From: Sminthopsis crassicaudata
Lineage: Eukaryota
NCBI RefSeq assembly: GCF_048593235.1
Contig: NC_133617.1
Span: 365,866,067 to 365,930,066 of the forward strand
DNA: 64,000 nucleotides
Direction of reading: 5' to 3'
The translations under genes were made by a program, and so were the position numbers. The notes below the pieces were generated by a model. That model ran no database searches, was not told where the DNA came from, and saw nothing but the letters and a program-made list of their open reading frames with translations. Positions within the stretch are counted from its first letter, which is position 1. Each line of letters opens with the position of its first letter. Shown here one piece after another: positions 61,233 to 64,000 of this stretch.

Positions 61233-62199
61233 TCTAATCTAGACATTGAAAAAGTGGCTTTCTTGGTGAAGATAATGTAATTATATCTAATCCCAAGTGG
61301 AAATTGTGTTTGGATATTTCTTGGGTTCATGGGATAGAAGTGGGGGAAAAGGGGAAGAAATATATGTGGATATTTAAGATGGGTGGGAGGAAGTTGAGGG
61401 GCGGGGGAGGAGTGATGGTTTAAAAAAAAAAAAAAGAACAAGAAAAAGAAAAAGTTTGCTTTGAGCTTAGTCCTTAATACAAACAAAGATTGAGACGATG
61501 AACAGTCAGTCTCTACCCAGGAACCCTGGACACATTGTGGTGCACATGTCCCTAATAAGCAAAATAAATGGAGAGAATAGAAGTAGGGGAAATGTTGCTT
61601 GATAGATGGATTGGTTTCTAAATAAAATGTTGCCTTCAAGGCACAAGCCTTTGAATTACCCTGAGATGTTGATTTAATTCACATCCTTGATGTTTTTCTG
61701 AACATTGAATTTTGTACTCTAATTGCCTTCTGATTTATTAGTGGGCCATCATGCTTCTTATGTTTCCCTGATAGAAGTTAAAACCTCACCTCCCAGAATA
61801 GTCTCACTAACTCGATCCTTTAAACCATGTTCATCTCACAGGAAAGGATGCGATCTAAAAAGGTTGACTTCAAACAGCCTCCCAGAAGGAACTGAGAGGC
61901 TGAAGGGAAACTGTCCAATAGGGCAGAAAGGTTAGGAAAACCTATTTTTTCTCAACAATTTACTATGTAACAGTGGGTGAGTGTTAAAGTTCCTATAGCT
62001 CCCCCCACTTTATGCTTAGAGGAGAATGCTAGGGAGAATAGGACTTTGCTTACAGAAGAAAAATGAGTTTCCAGAGAATTTTTATAAAATTCTCCTTGTA
62101 AATTCTCAGTGAATTATACTATGCAATTACATTATGAATATCAAGTAATTCCACTAGTAATATGTATTCCTTATGGGTAGGGGCATTGTACCTTTAAAA

Positions 62200-62440
62200 A
62201 TATCAAGGTAATAATAGAGAAAAATTAAGAGAATGCTTCTCCCTTTTTTCATTGTAGAAGTGGGGACAATGAGTGTGGAATATTATATATACTGTCACAT
62301 ATGATTGATGATTTGGTTGATTTTGCCAAACTGCTCCTTATTTCTTTTTTTAGAGTAATCTTTATTTTAATGGGATGGTTTGCTGTGTAAGGATGCAGGG
62401 ATGCACATATTCAGGAATAAATGTGTTTTTAAAAAGGCAT
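62200..62440 (+). mobile_element. L1 3' UTR fragment
   Basis: gaagtggggacaatgagtgtggaatattatatatactgtcacat...ggttgattttgccaaactgct resembles an old marsupial L1 3' UTR. Confidence 0.6.
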
Positions 62441-62689
62441 CCATAAAATTTCTACATATATGTATGTGATTACATATACATATAAATAAGCATACATGCA
62501 AATGTGTGTATGCATTTATGTTTACAGGTGTTATATTGTCTTATATCTAAGGTTGTCCTAGATAAATTATATATATATATGTATATATTTACCTATATCA
62601 CATATATATATATATATATATATTCAAGGTAAACAATATCCCCCTGAACCAAAGGGATGAGTAAAAGGTTAACAGTATACCATCATCAG

Positions 62690-62715
62690 AAAAAAAAAAA
62701 AAAAAAAAAAAAAAA
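62690..62715 (+). repeat. Pure A26 tract
   Basis: Counted directly. Confidence 0.95.
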
Positions 62716-63179
62716 CAACAACTCCTGATTGAAAAAACAGGACTGTCTTCCCTCTTTAGCAAAGGCTGCTTTCCAGCCTATACACCATCTCCAGTAGGAG
62801 CAAAGGAACAACAGTCCTGTTATTCTTTAGCACGTAAAGAAAGCTGGCAGGTACAATCGATAACATAAAACATTAAGACAGGCTCATATTTTAAGGGCTT
62901 CAATGCAAACATCACCTTCAGAGGCCATGATCTTTGAAGTGTGTTGTACTGCATTTTGTGGAAAGGTTACTTTTCTTTCATGTTCTCAGCAAAGATTGAA
63001 AAAAAAAATAGGGAAGGCCCAAATGTATTAAAAGGATTGTAGAGTCCTGAAATGTGAGGGCTGGAAACAATTTGGGATGTCATCTAGTCTAGCCTGATCA
63101 TTTTCCAGATGAGAAAAGGCCAGATGATTAGTTCAGTGGATCATAGATTAAGAACTTGAAGAGACTAAGAGATCATTTG

Positions 63180-63345
63180 ATTTAAGAATTCTTAATCTGG
63201 GATTCCTGACTTGTTTTGTTTTGTTTTAATAGTTTGATAACTGTCTTAATATAATGGATTTTATTTTATACATTTAAAAACAATTATTCTGAGAAGAGAT
63301 TCATAGGCTTCACTAGACTTATAAAACTATCCATAACACATGGAA
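63180..63345 (-). mobile_element. Old hAT-Charlie remnant
   Basis: ttgataactgt...ttattctgagaagagattcataggcttcactagact is the reverse complement of the 51515 family. Confidence 0.55.
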
Positions 63346-63500
63346 GAACAAAAACTTCTGATATAATACAACCATCTCTTTTTGCAGTTGAAGAAATTAA
63401 AGCCTAGAGTGCCTAAGAGATTTGTACCTAGTCACATATAATAAATTATAGAGCTGGGATTTGAATCCAGGACTTTTGACTTCAAATTCAATTTTAAAAA
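63345..63500 (-). mobile_element. CORE-SINE
   Basis: tttgcagttgaagaaatt...gtcacat...gagctgggatttgaatccaggacttttgacttcaaa. Confidence 0.7.
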
Positions 63501-64000
63501 ATGTATTCTACTGCTGTCTGTCAGTCTATATACTGGAATTATTTATTTTTTAAGTTTGGTGACATGCACCTTTTCCAAGAATTACAATAGAATGTAGAAT
63601 CATAGTGTTTAAAAACTGAAAGGGACCTAAAATTATTCATTCCAATCCCTCCATTTTATTGTTGAGGCACCGAAGGCCAAAAAGAAGCACCTTCTCCAAA
63701 TTATATGACAATAATTCAAAAGATCTGTGATTCCACAGCTTCATACATTTTACTTGTTGATACTCATGAGTGCCATAGCCAAAATATCTTCATTGCCTAG
63801 TGGCCCACTTTCTAGCCAAGTTCCTCTATGTATTTGACTAGCTAGATATCTAGAGAAGTGGTCTGATGAGAATAAGAGTGATGAAAATGATACTGTTCTC
63901 CACCATCACCATCCTCATCATGACACCTAGTATTTTGCAAAGCTTTGTAATTTTCAAAGCATTTTATATTTTTATTACTTTTGATTCTTAAGACAGCCTA

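Larger units (their letters stand above)
28371..64000 (+). other. SETBP1: SETBP1 downstream intron (human intron 4 equivalent), partial
   Basis: Follows the donor. The next exon (MPSPHLKVD... in human, from memory) was not seen in the window. Confidence 0.85.

Noticed and set aside
4479-62790. 20-mer ttccagcctata(t/c)accatct at both 4479-98 and 62771-90
   Set aside because: A 19/20 match somewhere in 64 kb is not improbable (my rough estimate is 0.1-0.2 expected), and the flanks do not extend.
1-64000. tRNA, rRNA or snRNA genes, CRISPR arrays, endogenous viral elements, processed pseudogenes
   Set aside because: None recognised. The tRNA-like A/B-box sequences all belong to SINE heads. Short degraded viral fragments cannot be excluded without tblastn.

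Overview
AT-rich marsupial genomic DNA, most likely a dasyurid or other dasyuromorph. The species call rests on recalled family resemblances: Mar1-type RTE-tailed SINEs, a dasyurid-style L1 3' UTR and an OC1-like hAT MITE. The window lies inside the SETBP1 gene on the + strand. It holds one very large internal coding exon (24893-28370, 3478 nt, phase 0 to phase 1, equivalent to human exon 4) encoding AT-hooks 1 and 2, the DSGIGT degron and the DHYY HCF1-binding motif. The flanks are about 25 kb of upstream intron and 36 kb of downstream intron, filled with old L2, L3/CR1, MIR/CORE-SINE, Mar1, L1 and hAT fragments, microsatellites, and about 1.2 kb of N-masked sequence. All other ORFs in the track look like noise: gap artefacts, microsatellite translations or antisense shadows of the exon. 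I found no evidence of a new multi-gene system. The best second-look items are: a ~220-230 bp-arm fold-back duplication at 17075-17644 whose loop carries a pseudo-exon and a UG repeat; a CpG-retaining 20-nt microexon candidate at 3774-3793; a TDP-43-type cryptic exon at 29190-29226; loss of the human hotspot CpGs in the degron; and an intact OC1-like MITE with TIRs and TSD. Repeat family names and most repeat boundaries are by eye (about +/-20 bp). Human comparisons are from memory and need confirming by alignment.
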